Made by a program: the position numbers and the translations under genes
Part shown: positions 24,985 to 34,338 of the stretch, piece by piece
How the letters are laid out: every line of letters starts with the position of its first letter
How positions within the stretch are numbered: the first letter of the stretch is position 1
Origin: an uncultured Vicinamibacteraceae bacterium
GTDB taxonomy: Bacteria > Acidobacteriota > Vicinamibacteria > Vicinamibacterales > UBA8438
Direction of reading: 5' to 3'
Assembly (NCBI GenBank): GCA_964550305.1
Contig: CAZJYU010000003.1
Span: forward strand, 20,220-84,219
DNA: 64,000 nucleotides
The notes under the pieces: model-generated
Databases searched by the model: none
What the model was told of the DNA's origin: nothing
What the model saw: only the letters and a program-made list of their open reading frames with translations

Positions 24985-25950
24985 CTATTGAAGGAGGCGA
25001 CGGGCCAGGACGCTCCAGACCGCGTAGGCGAGGCGACGGCGAGAATGGCGCGCAATGTCCCCCTGTGAGAACTGCCCCGTGACGAGCTCGCACCCGCCGG
25101 GGATGGCGCCGATTGGGAGCAGGTCCTTGTGCTCCTTTGCGTAGCGCGCCATCACGTCCGGTTTGGGTCTGGCGGTATTGGCAATGGCAACATCGACCTG
25201 CCGGCCGATCGCATCGCCTACCCGGCGCACCGCCTCTCCCACCGAGAAGCCATGCATCCCGCGTCCCTCGGTCACGATGTTCGTCACCAGGATGATGGGT
25301 CCGTGGGTCGCGGAGACTGCCTCTGCGACGCCGCGGACCAGCAGTATCGGCATCAGGCTGGTATAGAAACTGCCCGGGCCGATCACGATCGCATCGAATC
25401 CGCGGATCGCCTCGGTGACCGCGGAGTGAACTGACGGAACCGGATCGAGCCAGATCCGGCGAATCCGGCTGCCGTTGGTCTGCGCTCGATCGACCCCCAC
25501 CTCGCTCTCGGCGCGGGTCCCGTCCTCGTACTCCGCGTAGAGCGTTGACTGCTCGATGCTGACCGGAAGCACGCGGCCATGGCAGTCGAGCAGGCTCCGG
25601 AGGCCATCGACCGCGGCGAGGAAGTCGCCGCTGTACTGCTCCATCATCGACAGCAGCAGGTTGCCGCCGGTATGCCCCCCGAGACGGCCGTTCTCGAACG
25701 ACGGCAGGCGCGTCAACAGCAGGCGGCGCGCCTCCTGTTCATTGCGCGCCAGCGCAAGGGCGCACTTCAGCACGTCACCCGGCGGCAGCACGCCGAGTTC
25801 GTCCCGCAACTGCCCGGAGCTGCCGCCGCTGTCGAACATCGTGACGACGGCATGGACCTGTACCCACGGGTTCTGCTTGAGCCCCCCGAGCAGGCTGGGG
25901 AGGCCGGTGCCACCGCCCAGACAGCCCACGTTCAGACTGCGCAACTCCAC
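24985..25950 (-). CDS. YvcK/CofD-family protein (gluconeogenesis factor-like, UPF0052)
   Basis: GCLGGGTGLPSLLGGLK...TMFDSGGSSGQLRDELGVLPPGD...GHTGGNLLL...IVIGPGSFYTSLMP are hallmark YvcK/CofD motifs. GTG start. Confidence 0.85.
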   Translation of the reverse strand: MELRSLNVGCLGGGTGLPSLLGGLKQNPWVQVHAVVTMFDSGGSSGQLRDELGVLPPGDVLKCALALARNEQEARRLLLTRLPSFENGRLGGHTGGNLLLSMMEQYSGDFLAAVDGLRSLLDCHGRVLPVSIEQSTLYAEYEDGTRAESEVGVDRAQTNGSRIRRIWLDPVPSVHSAVTEAIRGFDAIVIGPGSFYTSLMPILLVRGVAEAVSATHGPIILVTNIVTEGRGMHGFSVGEAVRRVGDAIGRQVDVAIANTARPKPDVMARYAKEHKDLLPIGAIPGGCELVTGQFSQGDIARHSRRRLAYAVWSVLARRLLQ

Positions 25951-26029
25951 GGTGAGGCATTATTGCACAGTGACCTGCACCGCCTGGGAGGGCTACATTC
26001 CGGCTCCCGGCCTCGACGGGGGCCACCGA

Positions 26030-26968
26030 ATGACGCTCTACACCTGGGGAAAACCGCGCCACTTTCCCCATCTCCCGCCGCCGACGCCCCGGTGGTTCGA
26101 CGTCGCCCCGGATGCGCGGGTCCTGGCGCATTGCCACTGGCAGGCGTCACGTGGATCCCATCCCACGCTGCTGGCGCTCCATGGACTCGAAGGATCCAGC
26201 GACGCGCACTATATGCGCGGGCTTGCGGACAAGGCCTTCGCCGCCGGCATGAACGTGGTTCGTCTCAATCAGCGGAACTGCGGCGGTACGGAGCATCTCT
26301 CGGCCGGCCTCTACCATTCCGGGCTCTCCGCTGATCCGGCCAGGGTGATCCGAGAGTTGGTGGACGTTGACCGCCTGAATGCCATTGCCGTTGTCGGCTA
26401 TTCGCTTGGCGGCAACGTCGCCCTGCGTCTTGCGGGCAGCGGCGACGGCGCGCTGCCGTCGCTCAGGGTAGTGATCACGGTCTCGCCCACAATGGACCTT
26501 GCGCGCTGCGTTGATGCCCTCGAGCGGCAGCAGAACGTCTTGTACGAATGGAACTTCGTCCGCAATCTCAAGCGACGGATGCGGCGAAAAGCGCGGCGGC
26601 TGCCGGAACGATTCGATCTCGCGCCGCTTCGGGCCGTCCGGACCGTACGGCAATTCGATGAAGCGTACACCGCACCGCACCATGGGTTCCTGGACGCCGC
26701 CGACTACTACTACCGGGCGAGCAGCCTGCGCGTGATCGACCGGATCGCTATCCCGACGCTCATCATCAGCGCGGCGGACGATCCGTTCGTGCCGGAGAAG
26801 CAGTTCAGCGATCCAGCGGTGGCCGGGAATCCGCACATCACGACCGTAATCCCCCGATACGGGGGACACTGCGGCTTCTTTGCGGAACCGCGACCCGGGT
26901 TCGACGGGTACTGGGCGGAGCGAGCTGCAGTCGCGTTCGCGAGGCGGCACCTGGCGACGGCACCCTAG
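26030..26968 (+). CDS. alpha/beta hydrolase (YheT-like)
   Basis: Start at ATG 26030 (MTLYTWGKPRHFPHLP...). HGLEGSSDAHYM, nucleophile elbow GYSLGGN, ...AADDPFVP...GGHCGF. The track ORF start at 25556 is antisense to the YvcK gene. Confidence 0.8.
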   Translation: MTLYTWGKPRHFPHLPPPTPRWFDVAPDARVLAHCHWQASRGSHPTLLALHGLEGSSDAHYMRGLADKAFAAGMNVVRLNQRNCGGTEHLSAGLYHSGLSADPARVIRELVDVDRLNAIAVVGYSLGGNVALRLAGSGDGALPSLRVVITVSPTMDLARCVDALERQQNVLYEWNFVRNLKRRMRRKARRLPERFDLAPLRAVRTVRQFDEAYTAPHHGFLDAADYYYRASSLRVIDRIAIPTLIISAADDPFVPEKQFSDPAVAGNPHITTVIPRYGGHCGFFAEPRPGFDGYWAERAAVAFARRHLATAP

Positions 26969-27029
26969 CGGGCGCCGCGGTTCTGCGGCGTGCGGTTGCC
27001 CGCCGCCGGCCGTCGGCGAAGGCGCCGCG

Positions 27030-27737
27030 TCAGTCGCAGAGGCGTTCGAGGAGGCGGGCCGCGAAGGCGGGGCCGGTACCCTTGGCCTCGTGCTTGAAGT
27101 AAATGTACACGTCTTCGCAGGCGGCGGTCCGTTCGCGGATCGTATCCGCCCAGCGGGCGAGGTCATCCTCGGTATAGCCCTGATCACGCAAACGGAAGTA
27201 GGCGTAGGGGGCAGTCACCTCAACCGGTGTCCGCAGCTTCTCGCTGTCGGCAACGCAGAGCGCCGCGCCGCGCGACGCCAGGCACGCGACGACTTCCGGC
27301 GCATGCCACGACGCGTGCCGGAACTCGAACGCGGGACGAGCGCCGTCCGGCAACACGTCCAGGAACGACTCGAGCCGATCGAGCGACTTCCGGAAGAAGG
27401 GCGGCAACTGAAATAGCAGCGTCCCCAGCTTCCCCTCCAGGGTGGCGGCGGTGTCACAGAAAGCCCGCGCTATCTCCGCGCAGTCGGCGAGCCGCGCTTC
27501 GTGAGTGATCCGGCGCGGCGCCTTCAGCGTGAAGCGGAAGTGATCCGGCGTCGTGTCGGACCAGCCGGCGAGGATTCGGGAGGTCGGCATCCGGTAGAAG
27601 GTGTAGTTGATCTCTACCGTGTCGAGCCGTGCTGCGTAGTACTCGAGCATCCGCTTCTGCGGATGCCGGTCCGGGTAGAACGAACCGCGCCACTCAGGGT
27701 AGTTGTAGCCGGAGGTGCCGACCCAGTACCGAGACAT
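27030..27737 (-). CDS. DUF72 (YecE-like, UPF0759) protein
   Basis: MSRYWVGTSGYNYPEWRGSFYP...LDTVEINYTFYRMP...LFQLPPFF...FEFRHASW is the classic DUF72 signature. Confidence 0.85.
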   Translation of the reverse strand: MSRYWVGTSGYNYPEWRGSFYPDRHPQKRMLEYYAARLDTVEINYTFYRMPTSRILAGWSDTTPDHFRFTLKAPRRITHEARLADCAEIARAFCDTAATLEGKLGTLLFQLPPFFRKSLDRLESFLDVLPDGARPAFEFRHASWHAPEVVACLASRGAALCVADSEKLRTPVEVTAPYAYFRLRDQGYTEDDLARWADTIRERTAACEDVYIYFKHEAKGTGPAFAARLLERLCD

Positions 27738-27747
27738 CCGCCGCGGG

Positions 27748-28050
27748 TCAGTCGAGATCGAAGTCGCGCGCAGGACGCGTCACGGGCTCGGTGTTCGCCT
27801 GCCTGAAGGCTTCCTCGAACCGCTTCGAGAGCGCCTCGCTGCGGCCCTGTTCGTCTGCTACCGACCGCTGGAAGGCCGCTTCACGCTTCGCCCGGGCCGC
27901 CGCCAGAATGCCGTCCGCGTCCGCGAGATCGGGCCTATCGGCGGAGGGAGGAGCTACGTGGGAGACGACGCGGCCCAGATTGCGGTCGTAGACTATCGTG
28001 GCGCCACAGCAGGGACAGTCGATCTCGATCTCGGAGGCAAGCCGGGACAA
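27748..28050 (-). CDS. small hypothetical protein (100 aa) with CPCC motif
   Basis: TTG start at 28050 preceded by GGGGAGGAGGG (strong SD), 4 nt after the upstream gene's TAG. Product LSRLASEIEIDCPCCGATIVYDRNLGRVVSHV... followed by a helical, charged C-terminus. The track ORF's 72-aa N-terminal extension overlaps the upstream gene. Confidence 0.5.
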   Translation of the reverse strand: MSRLASEIEIDCPCCGATIVYDRNLGRVVSHVAPPSADRPDLADADGILAAARAKREAAFQRSVADEQGRSEALSKRFEEAFRQANTEPVTRPARDFDLD

Positions 28051-28054
28051 GGGC

Positions 28055-28282
28055 CTAGCCCTCCTCCCCGTAGTCGCTCTCGGCGTAGGGAACAAGCCGG
28101 TTCGGCGGCCGCAACGCCTCGCGGTGGTCGTAGACGGCCAGGCCGCCGACATGGCCCGCCAGAGTGCAGTTCGAGCCCTTCTGATCGATGACCACGGTGA
28201 CCGGACTCCCCTCGACGCCGTCGCGGAACCGGACGCGACACCCGCACCCCAAACGGGCGTGCGCAAATCCCTTGCTCATCAC
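28055..28282 (-). CDS. small hypothetical protein (75 aa)
   Basis: MMSKGFAHARLGCGCRVRFRDGVEGSPVTVVIDQKGSNCTLAGHVGGLAVYDHREALRPPNRLVPYAESDYGEEG. Strong GC3 bias, and it sits between the TlpA-like gene and the next small gene. Confidence 0.5.
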   Translation of the reverse strand: MMSKGFAHARLGCGCRVRFRDGVEGSPVTVVIDQKGSNCTLAGHVGGLAVYDHREALRPPNRLVPYAESDYGEEG

Positions 28283-28314
28283 CTCATGATACTACGGTCC
28301 CGCGGTGGACCCGT

Positions 28315-28872
28315 TCAGAGCAGGTCCGCGATATCCTTCTCGAACGCCTCGCGCGTGGCGATCCCCATGTGGGTCCGGCAGAGTGTCCCTTCGCGATCGA
28401 TGAAGAAGGTGACCGGCAATCCCCAGATGGGGCCGTACGCCTCTTGAACATCTTCCCGGCCGAGGCCGACCAGCATCGGGTAGTTCACCTGGAACTCCGC
28501 TGCGAACGGCCGGATTTGCTCCGGCGTGTCGTCTACCGAGAGCCCCAGGACGACGAGCCCGTCGTCCTGGTACTCACGCTGGAACTCCACGAACCAGGGG
28601 ATCTCGATCTTGCATGGCCCGCACCAAGTGGCCCAGAAGTTGAGAAGAACCACGCTTCCCTTCAACTCGGCCAGGTTCACCTGGTTGCCGTCGATGTCCC
28701 GTAGCGTGAAGTCCATCGGGGCGGGCCGGGCATCCTCGTCGCAGGTCGCCGCGCTGGCGCTGCTTCCGCTAGCCGCGAACGGCCCCACTCCGAGGCTGCG
28801 AACCGCGGGCAGCGTTAGCAACCCGAGGGCCAGGGCGGCCCCGACCGCGAGAATCCACCGTCTTGTCGTCAT
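28315..28872 (-). CDS. TlpA-family periplasmic thiol:disulfide oxidoreductase
   Basis: Signal/anchor MTTRRWILAVGAALALGLLTLPA, then a thioredoxin fold with the WCGPC active site (LLNFWATWCGPCKIEIP). Confidence 0.85.
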   Translation of the reverse strand: MTTRRWILAVGAALALGLLTLPAVRSLGVGPFAASGSSASAATCDEDARPAPMDFTLRDIDGNQVNLAELKGSVVLLNFWATWCGPCKIEIPWFVEFQREYQDDGLVVLGLSVDDTPEQIRPFAAEFQVNYPMLVGLGREDVQEAYGPIWGLPVTFFIDREGTLCRTHMGIATREAFEKDIADLL

Positions 28873-28955
28873 GAAAGCTCCTGAGGGTAACCGCTCAGTC
28901 TCCAGAATATCGCGGGCCGCAGTTCGATCTCAAGAGAGGGGGAGCAGTCGCGCAG

Positions 28956-29624
28956 TTGACCCGGCGCGCAGGCTCGCATGACACTACCTCCCCCGTGCCT
29001 GCCGACCCGACGCCCGCGGCGTCCGAGACGATTGAACCACTGATCGATTCCTGCCTCCGCGGCGATCAGCGCGCATGGGACGCCATCGTGCGGCTCTATC
29101 GCCGGAGAGTGTTCAACGTCGCGTATACGTTCGTGGGCCGGCACGAGGAAGCGGAGGACCTGACGCAGGAGATCTTCCTGCGAGTCTTCCGGGCGCTCCA
29201 TACGTTCGATCGGCGCGCCAACTTCACAACCTGGATCATCAGCGTCAGCCGGAACCTCTGTATCGACCACTTCCGCCGAGTGCGGCGGGAACGCGAGACG
29301 ATAGATCGGCGCATGGACGCCAGCGAGTTGTCGCCGATGGCCCCCGGGGGCGACCCGCTCTCCCGGCTGGAACGTTTCGATCGGCGGGAACTGCTGCGCG
29401 ATGCGCTCAACGCGCTGCCGGAAACGCTTCGGACCGCAGTGATGCTACGCGACCTGCAGGAGTTGTCGTACCAGGAGATTGCCACGCGGCTCGGCGTGCC
29501 GGACGGCACGGTGAAATCACGGATCAACCGGGGGCGCCGCGAACTGGCGCGGCAGGTAGTCCGGCTTGAGCGCGAACGAGGCGACGCAGTCGCCACGTCT
29601 GCGGCTGGGGGAGTACGCCCATGA
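28956..29624 (+). CDS. ECF-type RNA polymerase sigma-70 family factor
   Basis: Sigma-2 region (...VFNVAYTFVGRHEEAEDLTQEIFLRVFRALHTFD...FTTWIISVSRNLCIDHFRR) and sigma-4 HTH (LSYQEIATRLGVPDGTVKSRINRGRRELA). TTG track start, so the exact start is uncertain. Confidence 0.85.
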   Translation: MTRRAGSHDTTSPVPADPTPAASETIEPLIDSCLRGDQRAWDAIVRLYRRRVFNVAYTFVGRHEEAEDLTQEIFLRVFRALHTFDRRANFTTWIISVSRNLCIDHFRRVRRERETIDRRMDASELSPMAPGGDPLSRLERFDRRELLRDALNALPETLRTAVMLRDLQELSYQEIATRLGVPDGTVKSRINRGRRELARQVVRLERERGDAVATSAAGGVRP

Positions 29625-29962
29625 ACCTCACTACGGATCAAGACGGCGGCGCGGTCATCATCCGGGTCGGTGACTCGAAGATGACCTATCAGGCGCTGCC
29701 CGATTTTGCCGACGCGGTGACCGCCCGCATCAACGGCGGCGACCTGCGCGTGGTAGTGGACCTGTCGCAGGTGGTCTACATCGATAGCGCGACCATTGGC
29801 TGCCTGATGGACCTGTACCGGCAGGCGGACAAGGCGGGCGGAGCACTCAAGTTGGCCGGCGTTCAGCCGCGCGTCGAAACGATGCTCACCATGACCGGCG
29901 CCAACCGGTTCATTGAACTCCATCCGGACGCACTGAGCGCCGTCCGCAGCTTCGGGGAATGA
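29621..29962 (+). CDS. STAS-domain protein (anti-sigma-factor antagonist-like)
   Basis: 113 aa. ...LRVVVDLSQVVYIDSATIGCLMDLYRQADKAGGALKLAGVQPRVETMLTMTGANRFIELH is the SpoIIAA/RsbV fold with the conserved Ser (IDSAT). ATGA overlap with the sigma factor stop. Confidence 0.8.
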   Translation: MNLTTDQDGGAVIIRVGDSKMTYQALPDFADAVTARINGGDLRVVVDLSQVVYIDSATIGCLMDLYRQADKAGGALKLAGVQPRVETMLTMTGANRFIELHPDALSAVRSFGE

Positions 29963-30240
29963 CCATGGGGACCATCACGACCAGTTCCGGCACCGCGATC
30001 ACGCTCGACGGCGACCTGCTGGCGGTGATCGAGGCGCTCTACCACGAGTTGCACGCCCGCCACGGCCTCGATTACCGCTACGAGGACGTGCTGGGTGAGA
30101 TTCGGCACCTGATCGGACAGATGAATGACGTCGAGCGACGCACCTACCTGATCGAGAGCCTGTTCCTGAACTCGGTGACGTACGAGAACGAGAAGCTGGG
30201 CGCCTACCTGCGCAAGCTGCCGGCGGAACCAGCCGAGTAG
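29959..30240 (+). CDS. small hypothetical protein (93 aa), third gene of the sigma/STAS operon
   Basis: ATGA overlap with the STAS stop. Soluble, predicted helical (…LLAVIEALYHELHARHGLDYRYEDVLGEIRHLIGQMNDVERRTYLIESLF…). No family recognised. Confidence 0.55.
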   Translation: MTMGTITTSSGTAITLDGDLLAVIEALYHELHARHGLDYRYEDVLGEIRHLIGQMNDVERRTYLIESLFLNSVTYENEKLGAYLRKLPAEPAE

Positions 30241-30292
30241 CCAGAGCGGACGACGGAAGGGGGCGGACCCGGGACGTGGCCGCGCGGGCGGA

Positions 30293-31210
30293 TCAGCCTT
30301 TTGCCGGCTCGCGGGTCGTCACGGGTTCGGCGACGGGATCCTCAGCCGTCGCCGGTGCAAGCGGCCCATCAACCAGCCGCCAGGCATCGGTTTCCTCGAG
30401 CAGCTTGTGGGCGAAGCCGGCGTGCAGCGCATGACCGGCGCGGTGAGCTACAACATGACCGATGATCGGGTGGCCCACAAGCGCCAGATCACCGATCACG
30501 TCGAGGATCTTGTGCCGGACGAACTCGTCCTCGAAGCGGAGCGTGTTGTTGAGGACGCCGGTCTCACCCAGCACGATGGCGTTGTCGAGCGACCCGCCCA
30601 GGGCGAGACCCTTCTGGCGCAATTGCTCCACTTCCTTCAGGAACCCGAACGTGCGGGCCGGTGCTATCTCCTCGGCAAACGACTCCTCGGTGATCTCCTG
30701 CGTCCTGGACTGGTGCCGCAGCAGCGGATGGTCGAAGCTGATGCTATAGGTCACCTTGAAGTGGTCGGACGGATAGACGGCGATCCGTTTGTCGCCCTTC
30801 GAGAGTGCGACCGGCCGAATCACCTTCAGGAACCGGCGTTCCGCCTTGAGCGTCCTGGTCCCCGCCTCGTGCACGAGGTAGACGAACGACGCCGCGCTGC
30901 CGTCCATGATCGGCACCTCGGCGGCATTCAACTCGACCATCGCATTGTCGATTCCGAGACCGACGAAGGCGGCGAGCAGGTGCTCTACCGTACCGACCGA
31001 CGCGGCGTCCTGGGCAAGACCGGTGGCGTAGGAGAGTCCGGCGATCCGATCCGCCTCGGCAGGGACTTCGAGGCCGTTGAGATCGAGCCGCCTGAAGCGA
31101 ATACCGTGATCCGCGGGAGCCGGCTTGACTCGGAGCGTCACCTTTCGCCCCGAGTGCAACCCGATGCCGGAACACGAAACCGACCGACTAAGCGTTCGTT
31201 GGGGCGTCAT
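30293..31210 (-). CDS. lpxC: UDP-3-O-acyl-N-acetylglucosamine deacetylase
   Basis: Start at ATG 31210: MTPQRTLSRSVSCSGIGLHSGRKVTLRVKPAPADHGIRFRR...TVEHLLAAF.GLGIDN...PIMDGSA..F...HKILDVIGDL.L.G. Track extension to 31393 rejected. Confidence 0.9.
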   Translation of the reverse strand: MTPQRTLSRSVSCSGIGLHSGRKVTLRVKPAPADHGIRFRRLDLNGLEVPAEADRIAGLSYATGLAQDAASVGTVEHLLAAFVGLGIDNAMVELNAAEVPIMDGSAASFVYLVHEAGTRTLKAERRFLKVIRPVALSKGDKRIAVYPSDHFKVTYSISFDHPLLRHQSRTQEITEESFAEEIAPARTFGFLKEVEQLRQKGLALGGSLDNAIVLGETGVLNNTLRFEDEFVRHKILDVIGDLALVGHPIIGHVVAHRAGHALHAGFAHKLLEETDAWRLVDGPLAPATAEDPVAEPVTTREPAKG

Positions 31211-31331
31211 TCGTGCCGGCCGTTTTTCGCCGCGCGCCCGTACACTCTGGCAAGCGCTACTGCTCCTCGTAAGCTGACCCAACTGAGGCGTGGCTACGTT
31301 ACCACTGCCGTGCCTCCCCAACCGCCACGCA

Positions 31332-31358
31332 CTTATACCATATTTCGCGTCATTGCAA
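31332..31358 (-). promoter_or_regulatory. candidate extended -10 promoter for lpxC
   Basis: Minus strand has TTGCAA, a 15-nt spacer, then TGgTATAAG (TGn extended -10) in the locally AT-richer uvrA-lpxC spacer, about 115 nt upstream of the lpxC ATG. Confidence 0.35.
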
Positions 31359-31437
31359 CCACCGTTCGGGCCTGTTTGCTCGGGTCTTGCCATGATCTTT
31401 CACCCCATCCGGCCTCTGGATCCGCCAGGTCGGTACT

Positions 31438-34314
31438 TCAGTGCTGCAGTGCCGGACGCAGGCAGGCGCCCGTAAGCGAGCCCGTCTGCGCCGCCACCTC
31501 CTCCGGCGTTCCTTCGGCCACTACCGCCCCACCCTCGGCGCCGCCACCCGGGCCGAGATCGACGATGTGGTCCGCCGCCTTGATGACGTCCAGGTGGTGT
31601 TCGATCACCACCACCGTGTTGCCCTGATCCACGAGCAGGTTGAGCACATCGAGCAGACGCTTCGTATCCTCGAGGTGCAACCCCGTCGTCGGCTCGTCCA
31701 GAATATAGAGCGTCCGCCCGGTGCTCCGACGTGATAGTTCCTTCGCAAGCTTGACTCGTTGCGCCTCGCCTCCGCTCAACGTCGTAGCGGACTGCCCCAG
31801 CGTCAGGTAGCCCAACCCGACATCCTGCAGCGTGCGCAGCTTCGCCGAGACCGAGGGCACGTTCTCGAGCAGGGGCGTCGCCTGATCGACCGTCATCGCC
31901 AACATATCGGCGATTGACGCGCCGCGGTAGGTGACCTCGAGCGTCTCCCGGTTATAGCGGCGCCCGCGACACTGCCCGCAGGTGACATAGACATCAGGCA
32001 GGAAGTGCATCTCGATGGCAATGACGCCATCGCCCTGACAGGCCTCGCACCGCCCGCCCTTCACGTTGAACGAAAAGCGGCCCGGCCGGTAGCCGCGTGC
32101 GCGGGCTTCGGGCAGCATCGCATAGATCTCTCGGATGAACGTGAACAATCCTGTATACGTGGCCGGATTTGAACGGGGGGTTCGTCCGATTGGCGACTGA
32201 TCGATCTGAATCACCTTGTCGATCTGCTCGATTCCCTCGATGGCGCCGTGCGGCCCCGGATCGGCCGCCGCCCGGTAGAGGACGCGCGCGAGGGCGCGGT
32301 AGAGGATGTCGTTCACCAGGGTCGACTTGCCCGAGCCGCTTACGCCGGTCACCGCCGTCAGCAGCCCGATCGGCAGCGCGACATCGATTTCCTTCAGGTT
32401 GTTGGCCCGGGCCCCCCGGATCGTGATCGCGCCATCCTGCGGGCGCCGGCGCGCGCTGGGTACTGCGATGGTGCGGGCGCCCCGCAGGTACATCCCGGTG
32501 AGCGACTCGCTGCCGTCCGCCTGCAGGGCCTCCGGGGAGCCCTGAAAGATCACGTGGCCGCCATGCTCGCCGGCGCCAACGCCCAGGTCGACGATGTAGT
32601 CGGCGGCGCGGATCGTCTCCTCGTCGTGTTCCACCACTACGACCGTGTTGCCCAGATCGCACAGGCGCCGGAGCGTCGAGAGCAGAAGCTGGTTGTCATG
32701 CTGATGCAATCCGATCGATGGCTCGTCGAGGACGTAGAGGACGCCGGTAAGGCTGGCGCCGATCTGGGTCGCCAGCCGAATCCGCTGGGCCTCACCTCCC
32801 GAGAGGGTCGCCGCGCCCCTGGCCAGCGTCAGATAGCCGACGCCGACATCGCAGAGGAACCGCATGCGGTCACGGATCTCACGGAGCACGCGGTCGGCGA
32901 CCTGTGCTTCCCGCGCAGTCAACTCGAGTGCGTCGAACGCGGCGAGCGCGTCGGCTATCGAGCGCGACACGTAATCCCACAACGTCCGCCCCTTCACCCG
33001 TACCGCGCGGCTTTCCGGCCGTAGGCGCTCGCCGCCGCAGTCCCCGCACCGCCGGCGCGCCCGGTACGCCTGCAGCGCTTCCTGCTGGGCCCAGGTTGCC
33101 GCCACGTAACGCCGCCGGAGGTTCGGAATAATCCCCTCGAAGTCGCGGCCGAAGGGATCCGGAGGGGATGTGCGGCGGCGGCGGCCGCCGCGAGCGGGGC
33201 CGTCGGCGCCGCCCGCGTTGCCAGCGCCGTCAGGCTGGCCGTAGAGCAGGAGGTCGCGCTGCCGGCGCGGCAGCTTGCCGAACGGACGGTCAAGATCGAT
33301 GCCGTAGTACTCCGAGAGACGCGCGAGCGCTCCCCCGACCAGTTCCCGGTCGCCAGCGGCCCAGGGTCGAATGGCTCCGTCGGCAAGCGACGCCGAGGGT
33401 TCCGGCACAATCCGTTCCGGTTCGAAATCCTCGATCACGCCCAGTCCCTGGCACTCCCGGCAAGCACCGTGCGGCGAATTGAACGAGAAGGCGCGCGGCG
33501 TCAGTTCCGGCATGTTGATGCCGCAGTCGGGACACGCCAGACGTCGGGAGAAGAGCCGGTCGCCACCTCCCAGGGTGTTGATGATGACGACGTCATCCGC
33601 CAGCGTGAGCGCCAATTCGATGGCTTCGGTGAGCCGCCGTTCCGCCCCGGCACGCGCCACCAGGCGGTCGACAACCACTTCGATCGAATGGTTCCGCCGC
33701 CGGTCGAGCGAGAACTCCTCCTCCAGCGAGCGAACCGTTCCATCCACCCGTACCCGCGTCAGCCCCCGCGCCCGGAGATCCTCCAGCTCCTTGCGGAATG
33801 CCCCCTTTCGGCCGCGGACGATCGGTGCAAGCACGTTCACCCGCTCCGCCGGGGGATGGGCCAGGATCGTCTCGACCATCCGCTCGACCGACTGGGACGT
33901 AATCGCCAGCCCGCACGATGGGCAATGCGGCACGCCGATATTGGCGAACAGCAGCCTGAGGAAGTCGTATATCTCGGTTACGGTGCCGACCGTCGACCGT
34001 GGATTGGACCCGGTGGTCCGCTGTTCGATGGAGATGGCAGGCGAAAGACCGTCGATCTGATCGACATCCGGTTTCTCCACCTGCTCGAGGAACTGGCGTG
34101 CGTAGGCGGACAGCGATTCGACGTAGCGCCGCTGCCCCTCGGCGTATACGGTGTCGAAGGCCAGCGACGACTTTCCGGATCCCGACAGCCCGGTGACGAC
34201 GACCAGTTGGTTCCGCGGGATTCGGACGTCGATGTCCTTCAGGTTGTGCACGCGAGCCCCGCGCACTTCAATCCAGTCGTGCGGGTCGCGCGGTGCGGCT
34301 AGGTCAGCCCCCAT
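31438..34314 (-). CDS. uvrA: excinuclease ABC subunit A
   Basis: 958 aa with two ABC cassettes ([18 protein letters not shown]), LSGGE signatures and CxxC zinc modules. [29 protein letters not shown] is a canonical UvrA N-terminus. Confidence 0.95.
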   Translation of the reverse strand: MGADLAAPRDPHDWIEVRGARVHNLKDIDVRIPRNQLVVVTGLSGSGKSSLAFDTVYAEGQRRYVESLSAYARQFLEQVEKPDVDQIDGLSPAISIEQRTTGSNPRSTVGTVTEIYDFLRLLFANIGVPHCPSCGLAITSQSVERMVETILAHPPAERVNVLAPIVRGRKGAFRKELEDLRARGLTRVRVDGTVRSLEEEFSLDRRRNHSIEVVVDRLVARAGAERRLTEAIELALTLADDVVIINTLGGGDRLFSRRLACPDCGINMPELTPRAFSFNSPHGACRECQGLGVIEDFEPERIVPEPSASLADGAIRPWAAGDRELVGGALARLSEYYGIDLDRPFGKLPRRQRDLLLYGQPDGAGNAGGADGPARGGRRRRTSPPDPFGRDFEGIIPNLRRRYVAATWAQQEALQAYRARRRCGDCGGERLRPESRAVRVKGRTLWDYVSRSIADALAAFDALELTAREAQVADRVLREIRDRMRFLCDVGVGYLTLARGAATLSGGEAQRIRLATQIGASLTGVLYVLDEPSIGLHQHDNQLLLSTLRRLCDLGNTVVVVEHDEETIRAADYIVDLGVGAGEHGGHVIFQGSPEALQADGSESLTGMYLRGARTIAVPSARRRPQDGAITIRGARANNLKEIDVALPIGLLTAVTGVSGSGKSTLVNDILYRALARVLYRAAADPGPHGAIEGIEQIDKVIQIDQSPIGRTPRSNPATYTGLFTFIREIYAMLPEARARGYRPGRFSFNVKGGRCEACQGDGVIAIEMHFLPDVYVTCGQCRGRRYNRETLEVTYRGASIADMLAMTVDQATPLLENVPSVSAKLRTLQDVGLGYLTLGQSATTLSGGEAQRVKLAKELSRRSTGRTLYILDEPTTGLHLEDTKRLLDVLNLLVDQGNTVVVIEHHLDVIKAADHIVDLGPGGGAEGGAVVAEGTPEEVAAQTGSLTGACLRPALQH

Positions 34315-34338
34315 CGGCGAGTTCCCAAACGGACCATG

